A stretch of 63,942 bases of DNA, the filler included, from Octopus bimaculoides (taxonomy: Eukaryota): the NCBI RefSeq assembly GCF_001194135.2. It is 7 parts of 6 records of this genome, joined end to end, with 100 filler letters (N's around TTAATTAATTAA, not from the genome) between each part and the next. Parts side by side here need not be neighbours in the genome. Positions count along the whole stretch, not along the records: positions 12,496 to 28,025 come from NC_068992.1; positions 28,126 to 51,000 come from NC_068985.1; 5 more parts are not named here. One strand, given 5' to 3'. Below the pieces are notes generated by a model, which made no database searches, had not been told where the DNA came from, and saw only the letters and a list, made by a program, of their open reading frames with translations. Below, one piece after another: positions 25,954-38,730 of this stretch. Every line of letters begins with the position of its first letter. Within the stretch, counting starts at the first letter, position 1. A program made the position numbers and the translations under genes.

Positions 25954-26728
25954 ATGTGTTTGTGTTTGCATAAAATATACTGACAAAGTATGCCAGCAAT
26001 GTATATACTATGGGGTATAACATTTTGGGCAAGTCTTTTTGAGAAGCAGAAGAGATCGTTACGGAATTCTTGATATTTTCGTCTCTTTCTTTTACATTTC
26101 TACATTTTATTCACTTTATATCAAAAAAACGAAACAAAGAAAAAGTCAACGGTGTCACATCAGTTATGCTAACAGCGCAAGTGCAAGAAACACCGGCCCA
26201 TGTCACTTAAGTTGATATTTCTGGCAGGACAATATTTCTGAGAGTTGTTTAATTTTAGCCGTCATTATATTCCATTACATTCTTCCCCTAAACATACATT
26301 CATTGCATACTAATCATAGGAAGCTCTTTCTCCTGAGATGTTTCACAGAAAAAATGACGTATTCTCGTTATATGTATGAGACATTTATTTTTATTATTAA
26401 AATAATCCTCTTCAAACAACAAAAAAAAAAGAAAATATTACTAATATAATCCTCATTCCTGTTACTCATTTTTTTAATGCTAATTTCGATTTTGCCAGGT
26501 TTTTTTTAGCAACTTTTTGTTTGAGGAATGAGATTGCAACGTAATTCTCGATATTTACGACACCTTCCATTACACTTCGGTGTTAATTTCTATACTTCAA
26601 TAGTTTTGCATACAAACACACATAATTCTGTGAATGTTTTACTTTTTGCTGCTCGCTGATGAGGCGTCCACTTATTATTACTTTGATGTTGCAAGTAATA
26701 GAAACACGAGCACATAACTAGAAAAGAC

Positions 26729-26804
<76 letters not shown>

Positions 26805-27163
26805 NNNNNNNNNNNNNNNNNNNNNNNNNNNNNNNNNNNNNNNNNNNNNNNNNNNNNNNNNNNNNNNNNNNNNNNNNNNNNNNNNNNNNNNNNNNNNNNN
26901 NNNNNNNNNNNNNNNNNNNNNNNNNNNNNNNNNNNNNNNNNNNNNNNNNNNNNNNNNNNNNNNNNNNNNNNNNNNNNNNNNNNNNNNNNNNNNNNNNNNN
27001 NNNNNNNNNNNNNNNNNNNNNNNNNNNNNNNNNNNNNNNNNNNNNNNNNNNNNNNNNNNNNNNNNNNNNNNNNNNNNNNNNNNNNNNNNNNNNNNNNNNN
27101 NNNNNNNNNNNNNNNNNNNNNNNNNNNNNNNNNNNNNNNATATATATATATATATAGATTTAT

Positions 27164-27199
<36 letters not shown>

Positions 27200-27414
27200 G
27201 CACATATATGAAACTATTTTTGTATATACATTTGTACATACACACACACAGTGTCACAAAAATTTATACACGCTTTAACAGTAGATAACTTACTGGTTTT
27301 TAAAAAAAGATTTAGGCTATTAGAAATAATGAAGGCATCAAGAGAAAGTTTTGACCAAAAGAAAATTAACCGATTGTACTCTTAACTAGATTTGCCATAA
27401 CTCGAGTTAGAATT

Positions 27415-27850
27415 AAGTGCAAAACAGATGCAACTGTTCAGAATGTCCACAAACAACACGTTCCGAACGACCGCCACAAACCCAGAAAGGGTACTGGGAA
27501 CGTCTTGCTAGAATTCAAGAAAATTTGTACAGTCGGTGAGTTTTAGAATAAGAATTTCAAAATAAGTTGTCCTCCGCGTTTACAGGGCTGTCATTGGAAA
27601 CATATTTACGTATACCCCATGCTCTTGATGAAGATGATCCGGACCGAAGAGTGTAGTTTTGCGAGTGGTACTTGACAAAATGTATAGAAGATGTGTACAT
27701 TTTGTTTACGGTACAAAACCGACAGTCGACGGGCTGAGAGCAGCCATTGGACGAGAATGCGCACAATTGCTGAACGGAATGTTCCTTGAGGTTTGCGATT
27801 CCATCGTTTCGGGTTATCAGCAGTCTAGACCAGAACCGTTATTAGTTTAA
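27415..27850 (+). pseudogene. Decayed, internally deleted Tc1/mariner-superfamily transposase
   Basis: Fragments DATVQNVHKQ, HALDEDDPDRRV*FCEWYL and VYGTKP..LRAAIGRECAQ..EVCDSIV match N- and C-terminal motifs of IS630-Tc1-mariner transposases; the central DDE/D region is missing. Confidence 0.7.
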
Positions 27851-28229
27851 AAACAGGCGTCATAAATATATTCAATTATGTCTTTAGATTCTATTACAAA
27901 AAAATTAAATGTAGTTTGGCAAGTACTGACTTTACGATCATTCAATGTGTATATATGTTTTATGGGAGACGCTCTACATACATACGTACATTCATTTATC
28001 TATCTATAGATATATGTATATATATNNNNNNNNNNNNNNNNNNNNNNNNNNNNNNNNNNNNNNNNNNNNTTAATTAATTAANNNNNNNNNNNNNNNNNNN
28101 NNNNNNNNNNNNNNNNNNNNNNNNNATTTGTGTTGTCTAACGTACTGTTAATATCATTCGATTTTTTATATTTTATAAAATTTTTAATGTCATATTTATG
28201 TAAACCATTCGCATTACTGATCCCAATCA

Positions 28230-28445
28230 GTTGTTTTGTACCATTCTATGTTTGGCCCCCTGTAGGCAATAAAGAAATTGGTATTTTGTCTGTCTTCACG
28301 CTCTGGGTTCAAATTCTGCCGTGGCCGACTTTGCCTTTCATACTTTCAGGATCGATAAAATAAGTACCAGTTGAGCATTGGTGTAGACGTAATTGACTTA
28401 CCCACTCCATCGAAATTGCCGGCCTTGTGTCAACATTTGAAATCA
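28230..28445 (+). mobile_element. Tx1-type 3' tail (ends 28278) abutting a 5'-truncated SINE A
   Basis: CCCCCTGTAGGCAATAAAGAAAT followed directly by TGGTATTTTGTCTGTC..GGTTCAAATTCTGCC. Confidence 0.7.
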
Positions 28446-29239
28446 ACATTATGATGCACTTGACATTCTCCACGCATTTTGATTTTCCTGTAGATAAAGC
28501 ACTGTTTTATATACTAAATTGCATTATCTAAAACACTAGAATTTGAACTTTAAAAAAAAAACAGGTTTGGGTATTATAAAACATTCATGTCATTGCTCTA
28601 CAATGTCCTCCTTTCACCGCAGGATATTAGTAAGGGTTACACCCAATTAAATGCATATTTCATCCTATTGAAATTCTTTCATTCTCTCCGAGTTCTTAGT
28701 GTATACACCTTTAGGAAATCCTTTAAACTTAAAATACTAAATATAACAACTTCATAAGTGAAATGCTGAAACAATCGTTTCCTGTCAGTCGTAATATCGT
28801 ATACCAAGTTCAGGTCAATGATCCAAAGCTGAATTCCAACTAAAACACCATTGATGGGAGGTGAAACAATTAGTAAACCGCCAAATACTAAACATCCATT
28901 TAGAGGAATTCACTTACAAACGGATTAGTAGGTGATTGGCATCGTTAGTGAGATAGTCGAGGCTTGGTTCAATGAATTAATTCAAGACTGTAGCAAAATA
29001 ATAATACGCTGAAATGGTGAGAGCTATAGAATGGAGGGACATTGGAGAATGTAAAACAAGGGGACATCTGAGAGATATGCAACAGGACACTAAAGGATCC
29101 ACAGTAAGGAAGCATTAAGGACTGTGGAGTTCAGTGACATCACTGACTGTAGAATAGGGGAAGTTTAACCCTACCTTTGAAATTAGTTGGGGATGGAAAC
29201 GTATCGTAACCTGAGCGGTGTCATTCTCTATAATATATT

Positions 29240-29650
29240 AAAGCGGCGAGCTGGCAGAAACGTTAGCACGCCGGGCGAAATGCTTAGCGGTAACGTTCTG
29301 AGTTCAAATTCCGCCGAGGTCGACTTTGCTTTCATCGTTTCGGGGTCGATAAATTAAGTACCAGTTACGCACTGGGGTCGATGTAATCGACGTAATCCGT
29401 TTGTCTGTCCTTGTTTATCCCCTCTATGTTTAGCCTCTTGTGGGCAATAAAGAAATAAGAAACGTTAGCGCGCCGGGCGAAATGCTTAGCGGTATTTCGT
29501 CTGCCGTTCTGAGTTCAAATTCCCCCACAGTCGACTTTGCCTTTCACCCTTTCGGGGTCGATAAATTAAGTACTAGTTGCGTACTAGAGTCGATCTAATC
29601 GACTAGCTCCCTCTCCAGAAATTTCGGGCCTTGTGCCTAGAGTAGAAAAG
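29240..29650 (+). mobile_element. Dimeric SINE A (Tx1-tail monomer plus AGTAGAAAAG-tail monomer) inside one 12-bp TSD
   Basis: TSD ATTCTCTATAAT at 29223-29234 and 29651-29662; junction AATAAAGAAATA|AGAAACGTTAGC. Confidence 0.85.
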
Positions 29651-29998
29651 ATTCTCTATAATTTATTCTAAGATATCTTCCTTCACTCATTTGTCTCCCT
29701 TCACTCATCTGTCTTACCCATAAGTATTGACTCGTTAACCCATCACTGTTCTTTTCACATTCTCTTCCTCTTCAATTTTATGTGTTGTACGAATAATTAA
29801 GTCAGAAAATGCCGTAAAACCACGGAACACCGTATATTTGGGTATATTAAGCACATCTGACAATGATATTAAGTGTAACTGGAATTTTGCAGTCCAGTTT
29901 TTGGAAGATTAAACCACTTTCCAACGAACTTAAACTAATACCCTTTTCCTGCACTTGCCAATCTATATATTCATCTATCACTCTCCCTCTCTTCTCTC

Positions 29999-30040
<42 letters not shown>

Positions 30041-30138
30041 TTCTCTCACTCTCTTTCTCTCTCTCTACATATATGTGTGTGTGTGTGTGTGTGCGTGAAG
30101 TCAATAGGTGAGAACTAGATAAGATCAGTATAGAAAAC

Positions 30139-30180
<42 letters not shown>

Positions 30181-30987
30181 ATCTATCCCCAGAAAGCACC
30201 ACTCATTGAAACTTAACAGTATATTACGGATACAGGATTAAGAGATTTTGAAAGGGCATACGAAGGATTAAGTCAATCTAGCGGTCATTTAAACTCAGAA
30301 CGTTGAGATGAAACTAAATTCTATTCTGTAAAGGATTTATCAATGTGTTAACTGAAATCATATACACTATGCTTATTTAGTGTCATATACACATTGCTAC
30401 ATTGTTTAGGTACTTTGGTTCTTAAATCTCAACATGATATTTTATGATATGATGGAATTTCATGTCGCGTACGACAATAGTTTGCATACATTTTCCCATT
30501 ACAATATATATATTCTTTGTGATTACAGAAGTTGGGAGGTGGAGTTAAGTTGTCGGACGATCCTAACTCGATTACTGAAACCCCTGTCGTTTACTCACAG
30601 GTTGTATTTTCTCAGCGGGACTGGATGTCTATTTCTATAAAACAAATATGTTACATTTCTAATGTACTAAGTATTACATTCTACCATTTCTATCGGCCCG
30701 CTACTCCTAACATTTCAATTATATTATTTACCTCATAAAAGCTCATCACAATAAGATGCAATAATATCTTTCCATCACCTTATCTTATCAAATCCAATGA
30801 ACTCAATGAACTGAGTGCCACAGTATCTAAGTCTCTATGTTAAGTGTTTCCTTCCTTTCTGAAGGCGCCTGCAAGAGAAATATCATCATATTTGGGATCA
30901 TGAATTATGATTCACGTGCCTTCAATTGATAAAAAACTTTAAATTGACCGTTTTATGAAATAATGCAGATTCACTAACACCACCTAC

Positions 30988-31050
<63 letters not shown>

Positions 31051-31139
31051 CCTGTCTGTCTGTCTGTCTGTCTATTTATCAATCTATGTATTCATCTATC
31101 GCTCTCCCTCTCTTCTCTCTATTTCTCTTTCTCCCTCTC

Positions 31140-31195
<56 letters not shown>

Positions 31196-31624
31196 GTAAG
31201 TAGGTGAGAACTAGATAAGATCAGTATAGAAAACCTATAGTAGCGTTAGAATAAATTTAAAATTCAACTCCAGCTTCATCCAGAGCAAAGCCCACAGCAT
31301 CAAGAGCGGCTATAAGAGAAATTCAAATCTAGTAAGTCCGGTTATCCTCTTCAAGAGGATAACCGGATTTACTGTCGTAGCTTCGTTGTGATTCTTCACT
31401 GGTTGCATACACATGACTTATTGCATATATCACCTGCAAATTATGATTATAACATAACTCATACTTTCCTGAAACAGCTGTCGAGTTAAAACATTACATA
31501 ATTTCTTTATATTTTATTCTTATTGTACTCCATGTATATATATCTATATATGTATGCATATGTACATATAAATGTATATATGTATATGTATGTATATATA
31601 TATATATATATATATATGCACATG

Positions 31625-31695
<71 letters not shown>

Positions 31696-31715
31696 GAATC
31701 TTTCTCACAAACACA

Positions 31716-33115
31716 CAACATGGCTTCCGTCCAGGGAGGAGCTGCCTCACACAGCTGCTGTAACTGGGTGCTAAAACAACAGCTAAATCAGTCAGCTGTA
31801 GATGTGATATACCTTTACTTTGCCAACGCCCTTAACAAGGTTGATCATGGCATGATATGTCACAAGCTACGAAACCTTGATATTACTGGGAAACTGGGAG
31901 AGTGGCTGCATGATTTTCTGAAGGGCAGGAGTCAGACAGTTGTAGCCAATGGTACTCACTCTGAAGAGACACCAATTCTCAGCGGAATCGCACAGGGAAC
32001 TGTACTGGGGCTACTACTATTTGTGGTGGCCCTCTCAGACATGCCCCCCGCGGTACAGTCAGCCAATCTGACCACTTATGCTGACGACACAAAAGTATCG
32101 CAGGCAGTTAGAAACCCAGAGGACATCATAAAACTGCAGAAAGATCTGAATTAAATATACAAAAGGGCTAACAAAAATAAAATGCAATTCAATGCTACGA
32201 AATTCCAGGCACTCCACTATCTGTCCAACACCAGGCTAAAATCGGAATTCACTGGACCAGAAGGTAATACTATCCCAGCCACTCTCCCAGTTTCCCAGTA
32301 ATACCAAGGTTTCGCAGCTTGTGACATGTCATGCCATGATCAACCTTGTCGAGGGCGTTGGCAAAGTCAAGGTATATCACATCTACAGCTGACTGATTTA
32401 GCTGTTGTTTTAGCACCCAGTCGATGCGTGACCTGGAGGTTCACATAAACAATGATGCAACATTCCATGTGCATATTACCAAGATGGCAACACTGTGCAG
32501 GCGAGTGGCTGGCTGAATTCTGAGGACATTCAAAACCAGGAAAAAGGAGGCCCTGCTACTCCTATAGAGGACTTTCGTTCTCAGCCGCTTGGACTACTGC
32601 TCCCAACTATGGTACCTTGAGAGTGTGAAACAAACTGTGGAACTCGAAGCAATCCAGCAGCAATCCAGCACAAGATTGACTCGATGCAAAAAGATGGGCT
32701 ACTGGGAGAGGCTAAAGGAGCTGTGTCTCTATTCCCTGGAGAGAAGACGAGAGAGATATGCGGTGATATATATTTGGAAGATCTTGGAGGGTTTAGCTCC
32801 CAATTTTGAAATTGACAGCTATATCAATCCTCGAACTGGACGGCACTGCATCATACCAAAGATCCCGTCTACCCCATCTAAAATAAGGGCACAGTACAGC
32901 AATTGTCTGGGTTTCAAGGGCCCGCAATTGTTTGACATCCTGCCAGGCAACCTTAGAAATCTACATGGTGTTAATGTGGAAGTTTTCAAGGAACGTCTGG
33001 ACAGGTTTCTGTCTGAGATACCAGATGAACCCACATCGCGGCAGGAGACGCAAGGAAGAGCAGCTCCGTCCCACTCGCTACTTCACCAAAAACAATACCG
33101 GAAATAACACCGTGT
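31716..33115 (+). pseudogene. 5'-truncated CR1/L2-group LINE ORF2 (reverse transcriptase), decayed
   Basis: QHGFRPGRSCLTQLL, VDVIYL.F..A..KVDHG, SGIAQGTVLG, YADDTK, and C-terminal YSLERRRERY..IYIWKILEG. Contains stops, frameshifts and an inverted insertion. Confidence 0.9.
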
Positions 33116-33461
33116 AACAATGCGATAGCATTGTGAAAAGTTATTGAGTAGAAAAATAATTAATTTAAAATAGGCATTTAAATTCTACAATATTTTGGGA
33201 AAACAGCATATTTTTTAAGGAAACAAAAATGTAAAAGTAAATTATTATTTAAGGTTCTGTATTTGTTTATTTTGGGGCTCACTTTTTTTTTTGANNNNNN
33301 NNNNNNNNNNNNNNNNNNNNNNNNNNNNNNNNNNNNNNNNNNNNNNNNNNNNNNNNNNNNNNNNNNNNNNNNNNNNNNNNNNNNNNNNNNNNNNNNNNNN
33401 NNNNNNNNNNNNNNNNNNNNNNNNNNNNNNNNNNNNNNNNNNNNNNNNNNNNNNNNNNNNN

Positions 33462-33533
<72 letters not shown>

Positions 33534-33636
33534 TGTGTTGCTGTGCCTGAGTGTGTGTGTCTATTTCTGATTGTGTGTGTGTATATGGCAGGTATACCCT
33601 TGTGTGTGTCTTTGTACTTGTGCTATGTTTGACCCC

Positions 33637-33830
33637 CACCATCACTTTACAACCAGTGTTGGCGTATTTACGACCCAGTAACTTAGCGGTTCAGCAAGAG
33701 ACATCAATAGAATAAGTACTAGACTTGGAAAATAAAGACTAGAATAGACTTATTCAATTAAATCCTTCAAGGCGGTGACCCAGCATGGCCGCAGCCCAGT
33801 GACTTAAGCATGTAAAAGATATAAGAGATA
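33637..33830 (+). mobile_element. SINE family B 3' half
   Basis: GTAACTTAGCGGTTC..GAATAAGTACT..GGCGGTGACCCAGCATGGCCGCAG, following a (TG)n tract. Confidence 0.8.
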
Positions 33831-34480
33831 TTTCCGGACCAACTGAATATTGTCTGCATTTTTTATTTCTTATCCAAAATAAACTGAATTCATGTGATTG
33901 TATATATTTTAGATATTAGTAAACGCTAGCAAGGCTGTTAATAATCTAAAACATTTTTTTGCAAGACAGATACCTGCCACCATTTCTGGCCACTTCTCTT
34001 TCATATTTCTTTCCTCAATTTTTTTTCTGTATTTTAATTTCTTTAAATAGCCGTGTGCTTAAGAATTCCGTTTAATTTGCTTCAGAGTTCAAAACAATCG
34101 CGGGAAATTAGCTCGATGGAAACTTTGCACATCTCAGTCGTATAGGCGGCTCGTTTTGGTATAATAAACTTAAACATGTTCTTTCTTCTGCGCAGTAGAT
34201 CAAGAGTTACTTGCGTTTAAGACCGCGAGTTGAACGGTGCAATTGAAGAGATTGGCGAACAAAATCTTGTACAACAAGTTAAATGATTTTCATCATTTAA
34301 GGCTAAAAATGTACAGATTTATTTTCATTTATCATAGTTTATACCCCAAACTTAAGATATTTTACCGAAAATATTGATCATAAATGAAGAAGTAAAAATG
34401 TTATTTGCTGTGTGTGGCTGTTTTGGACATGAAAGTATTTTCGTTTCTTCGGTGCAGGATATATTCTTGCATTGGCCTTT

Positions 34481-34575
34481 CTTTGGTCTGTGCACTCATT
34501 TATTTGGTCAGTACACTCATTTATTTGGTCAGTGCACTCATTCCTTTAGTCATTGTACCCATTTCTTCGGTCATT
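34481..34575. repeat. 21-bp minisatellite, about 4.5 units
   Basis: Units such as ATTTGGTCAGT(A/G)CACTCATT(T/C). Confidence 0.85.
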
Positions 34576-34878
34576 ACTCTTATACCAGTTATATACACCG
34601 AATTTCTTATCAGGTTTATAAATGACATGTTCAGTTTTCAGGCATACCACATTTATCACGAAATGATTGACGTCATTAGTTGTAGCGGAATGTAATGTTC
34701 TTTGTGAATGAAGCTTGAATAATGGGATTGTTAGGGAAGTACCAAACCCATAAAAGAATCGACGTTAATAAATCTGTATCAGCATTCTTCGCTGATAGAG
34801 TTCTTTTTATTGGCTCAAGACACTGAGAGTGAAATGTTGTCAAACCTTCGGTTGTAACGTAATTTGTCTCCGTAATTG

Positions 34879-34928
<50 letters not shown>

Positions 34929-35059
34929 ACATATTATACATACATACATACATATGTATTTAAATATATAAATGTATATATATATATATACAGTATACAT
35001 ATATACCTACGTGTGTGTGTGTGTGTGTGTATTATGTATGTATGTATGTATGTATCTTT

Positions 35060-35255
35060 TATTTTTTACTTGTTTCAGTCATTTGACCGCAGCCTTGCTG
35101 GGTCACCGCCTTGGAGGGTTTATAGTCGAAAAAACTGACCCGAGGATTCAATTTTTAAAAAATCGTAATACTTATTCTATAGGTCTCTTTTGCCGAACCG
35201 CTGATTTACGGGAACGTAAACACTCCAACACCGTTTATCAAGCGATATGGGGGGT
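35060..35255 (-). mobile_element. SINE family B 3' half
   Basis: TTGTTTCAGTCATTTGAC..TGCCGAACCGCT, as in 52085-52260. Confidence 0.8.
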
Positions 35256-35437
35256 GAGGGGAAGACAAGCACAGGCACAAAGACACACACATAGACATAT
35301 TCATACATACATATACGACATGCTCCAGATGGATAAGAGATATCATTGAGAACAATAGATTTAGTTGGTGGTCTTGTTATCTCTATTTTAGCTTTTGGTG
35401 AAGTAGAAGAGGTTAGAAAGAGTTAAGTGGTGAAGAC

Positions 35438-35755
35438 ATTATTCAGGAACTCGCAGCCCTTTTTGGCGGATACGAGATTTTCCTATCTCCGTGTCGGCCG
35501 GGAGCAGGCGGTGGGGGTACTGCGGTGCTATTTCGGAAAGGCCTGGACTTGAAAATAAGAGCAGTCTTCCTGGATCCAGAAGGTAAGTTGGTGGTCCTGG
35601 ACGTCAATAGTAGTGACGGCGCTGCCTTCAGACTACTGGCTGCCTACGCTCCGACAGGAGCAGGGCAGTCGGATTATTTCAAATGTCTGGAGGTTTTCCT
35701 GGGTACTTCTCGCACTTTAGTGCTAGTTGGGGATTGGAACGCTGTCTTAGACAAA
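35438..35755 (+). pseudogene. Tx1/L1-clade LINE APE endonuclease fragment
   Basis: GGGGTAVLFRKGL..DPEGKLVVLDV..FRLLAAYAP..LVLVGDWNAVLD contains the conserved APE YAP and GDxN motifs. Confidence 0.8.
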
Positions 35756-36335
35756 ATGGAAAAGGCGTTGCTCCGGAGGATGGCGAGGAAGATGCGCTGG
35801 AACAGCCACTCTGGCTCACGGAACTTGCGCTTGCTGATAGCCATCTCCGCCTCAATAGCGGTAAGCAGGGATATAGTGCGGGAGCCGAGAACGTCGCAAG
35901 ACTCCACTACCACAGGCTCGACCATAAACCTGTCGTCTTCCTTCTTGTTTCCCTGAGCGATATAAGCTTAATTATTTTAAATCATGTGTTGACTGTTTTG
36001 TTGTTTTCAAGGAAGCTTTTCGTTGGATTTTTTATTTTTGTAGCTCCTAAAACAGTACTTTCTTAAGACTTGTTTTATTGCTCTTTATTTACCTCCACGT
36101 GAGAAGCGACTTCCAATAAAGGAAATACTCCAACCAAACTGATGTAAGTCTAGAATGTGTTATTTAACGATGGACGAAATTAACTCAAGCATAACTAATA
36201 TTTGGGTGTAAAAAATATTTGTTGTATCCCAGGAGGCTCATTATGCTAATCTATACGCAATATATTTCACTTCTTTAATTATTATATGTCTTTAATTGAT
36301 AATAGCCCTTGTGGCCAATAAAACGAATTAATAAT

Positions 36336-36392
<57 letters not shown>

Positions 36393-36419
36393 TAGTAGTA
36401 GTAGTAGTAGTCAACTTGT

Positions 36420-36630
36420 AAAGACAACGAGCTAGCAGAATCGTCAACACGTCTGACAGTGCTTAGCACTATTTCCTCTGGCTTTACGTTCTGAGTCCAA
36501 ATTTCACCGAGGCCGATTTTGCCTTTCATCGTTGCGGGGTCGATAAAATTAAAGTTGAGCACTGGGGATAGATATAGTCGCCTTAACCCTCCCCTTAAAA
36601 TTGTTGGCCTTGTGCCAAAATTTTTAATCA
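36420..36630 (+). mobile_element. SINE family A, diverged
   Basis: GAGCTAGCAGAATCGTCAACAC head and GGCCTTGTGCCAAAATTT tail. Confidence 0.8.
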
Positions 36631-37216
36631 TTATAAATCAGCTACTTAATCATTTAACCAATCGATTTTCGATCAATCGTTCGGTTAGTCAATCATATGT
36701 TCACGAAAGTTTTTTCATCATTCGTCACCTTATCAATGTCATGACCTCTCTGCACCAGGTCTGCTTAACAAAATATTTGTTTTGTATTGGTTTAATAGTT
36801 ATTTAAAACTACTTTTTACCTTTCTTGCATAGAAAGCCAAATTTTATAATGCAGCCTTTATAATGTTCAAGCATTAAGATCCAAGTCAATGGCGCATTTT
36901 CTTAAGAAATGCATTACTGCGTTTTAGTACCGCTCAATAAAAATTGGCTAAAATTATCCCATTGTTGAGTGTCTTCAGGGCTTGATCCGTGCAGAACGTA
37001 CATGCTTGTTGGAGACTTTAAGATTCCGTGTAAGCGAGATGTGTGAAAGAAAGATGAGAGGGGTTCGTATATGTATGCATATTTTGTATGTGTGTGTGTT
37101 GGTACACGCACGCACTTGTTTGTATAAATGTATGTATACACGTGCAAATTTGTTTACGTGCATATGTGTGAGTATTTGTTTGTAGCTGTTTTAAGTGTCA
37201 TAGTCAGAGTAGTGTG

Positions 37217-37520
37217 AAGGCGCGTGGCTTAGTGGTTAAAGTATTCGGCTCACCATCGTAAGGCCGTGAGTTCAATTCCCGGCGACGCGTAGTGTCCTTG
37301 AGCAAGACACTTTACATCACGTTGCCCCAGTCCACTCAGCTGGCAAAAATGAGTAGTACTTGTATTTCAAAGGACCAGCTTTGTCACACTCTGTGTCACA
37401 CTTAATCTCCCTGAGAACTACGTTAAGGGTACACGTGTCTGTGGAATGCTCACGAGCAGACTGTCCCGTTGATCGGATCAACTGGAACCCTCGTTGTCGT
37501 AACCGACGGAGTGCCAGTCA
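37217..37520 (+). mobile_element. CORE-like SINE family D
   Basis: A-box TGGCTTAGTGG, B-box GTTCAATTCC, CORE-like GTGTCCTTGAGCAAGACACTTT, family D tail. Confidence 0.9.
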
Positions 37521-38730
37521 GAGTAGAAAGTATAATGTCCATGACCCTTTACAGAGGCTCCGAAACTGGTTCGCGGAAGGTATCCTTAGACTGGAGGACT
37601 GGCCTTAGTGCTTACAAGAGATTGGACTCCATTATAGTACCCAGGGCCAGCTTGTGATGGTAAACGGGGTGACGGATTAAGTGTGTTTATATGTGTGAGT
37701 GTACGTGTGTGTGCGCGCTCGCGTGAGTGTTTGCGTGTACATTGATAGACTAAAAATACTTAATGCCAATTATACATGCAATATTTGGTTTTTATTTTCA
37801 AAAAAAATACATTAATATACGTAAGACTCTAAAATGTTAAAAATACTATTAATTGCGCCAACCGAAATATGAGTTAGAAATCGATAAGAATTGATTAAAT
37901 GTTACTGTTTTCTTTAAATTTTGCAGTCTGTTTTATTCTGGTCCTTATATATAACGATTATATGGTTCTTAATTTGGCCACTTACACATAAGCTAACAAA
38001 GATACAAAGCTATTCATTGGGATATTGTCCGCAAATTTCAACAGGAGCTGAGTTAATTTCGTAACAGTTCTTCTTGCCCTTAACACGACTCATTGACTGG
38101 AAACTGTGGTACTAAGTAAGAATAAAAAAGAATTTATTGGTTAACAGTTTATTGTTAATTAAAATCAAACAAATATTCATATTAAAACATGTACAAGGTT
38201 CAAACTCCATATATTTTATTAAAAACAATGGCAAGTCGGGAGGGAGGGATGGATGGATGGATGGATGGATGTGCTTATCTATATTTATAAGTCTTATGTT
38301 TGTCCAGAAACAAAGTCTCCATGGGAAGCCCTACAAAAAGCTTGCATTATGCTAGCATACCTTACAGGGTCAGATTGGTTTATAATCCTAAAATATTCAA
38401 GTTTTATGTTCCATAAATCGGACTGATAATTTTTATAATGTTTGAGTGTATTTCAGATATGATAAAAATTAGCTGCCCGATTCATAAAACGTAATACCAT
38501 ATTGTTTTAGAAGCATAAATTAATTTAAGAATAAGAATAATTTCTTTTCTATATTCTGGTATATCTGCAACTATGTACTAACTTTTCGAAAATATAATTT
38601 TTTTATTAAGAAATTTTAATACCGAAAACGTTCCAACATGCACTATCTGTATAATTTGTTTAAAATATAATTGTTTCCCAGTATTGTTACAGATTTTGTA
38701 GACCACTTTAAGGAAACATAACTTAATATA

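Noticed and set aside
35756-35955. GC-rich continuation after the Tx1 endonuclease fragment
   Set aside because: I could not assign it to the LINE or any other family in any frame.
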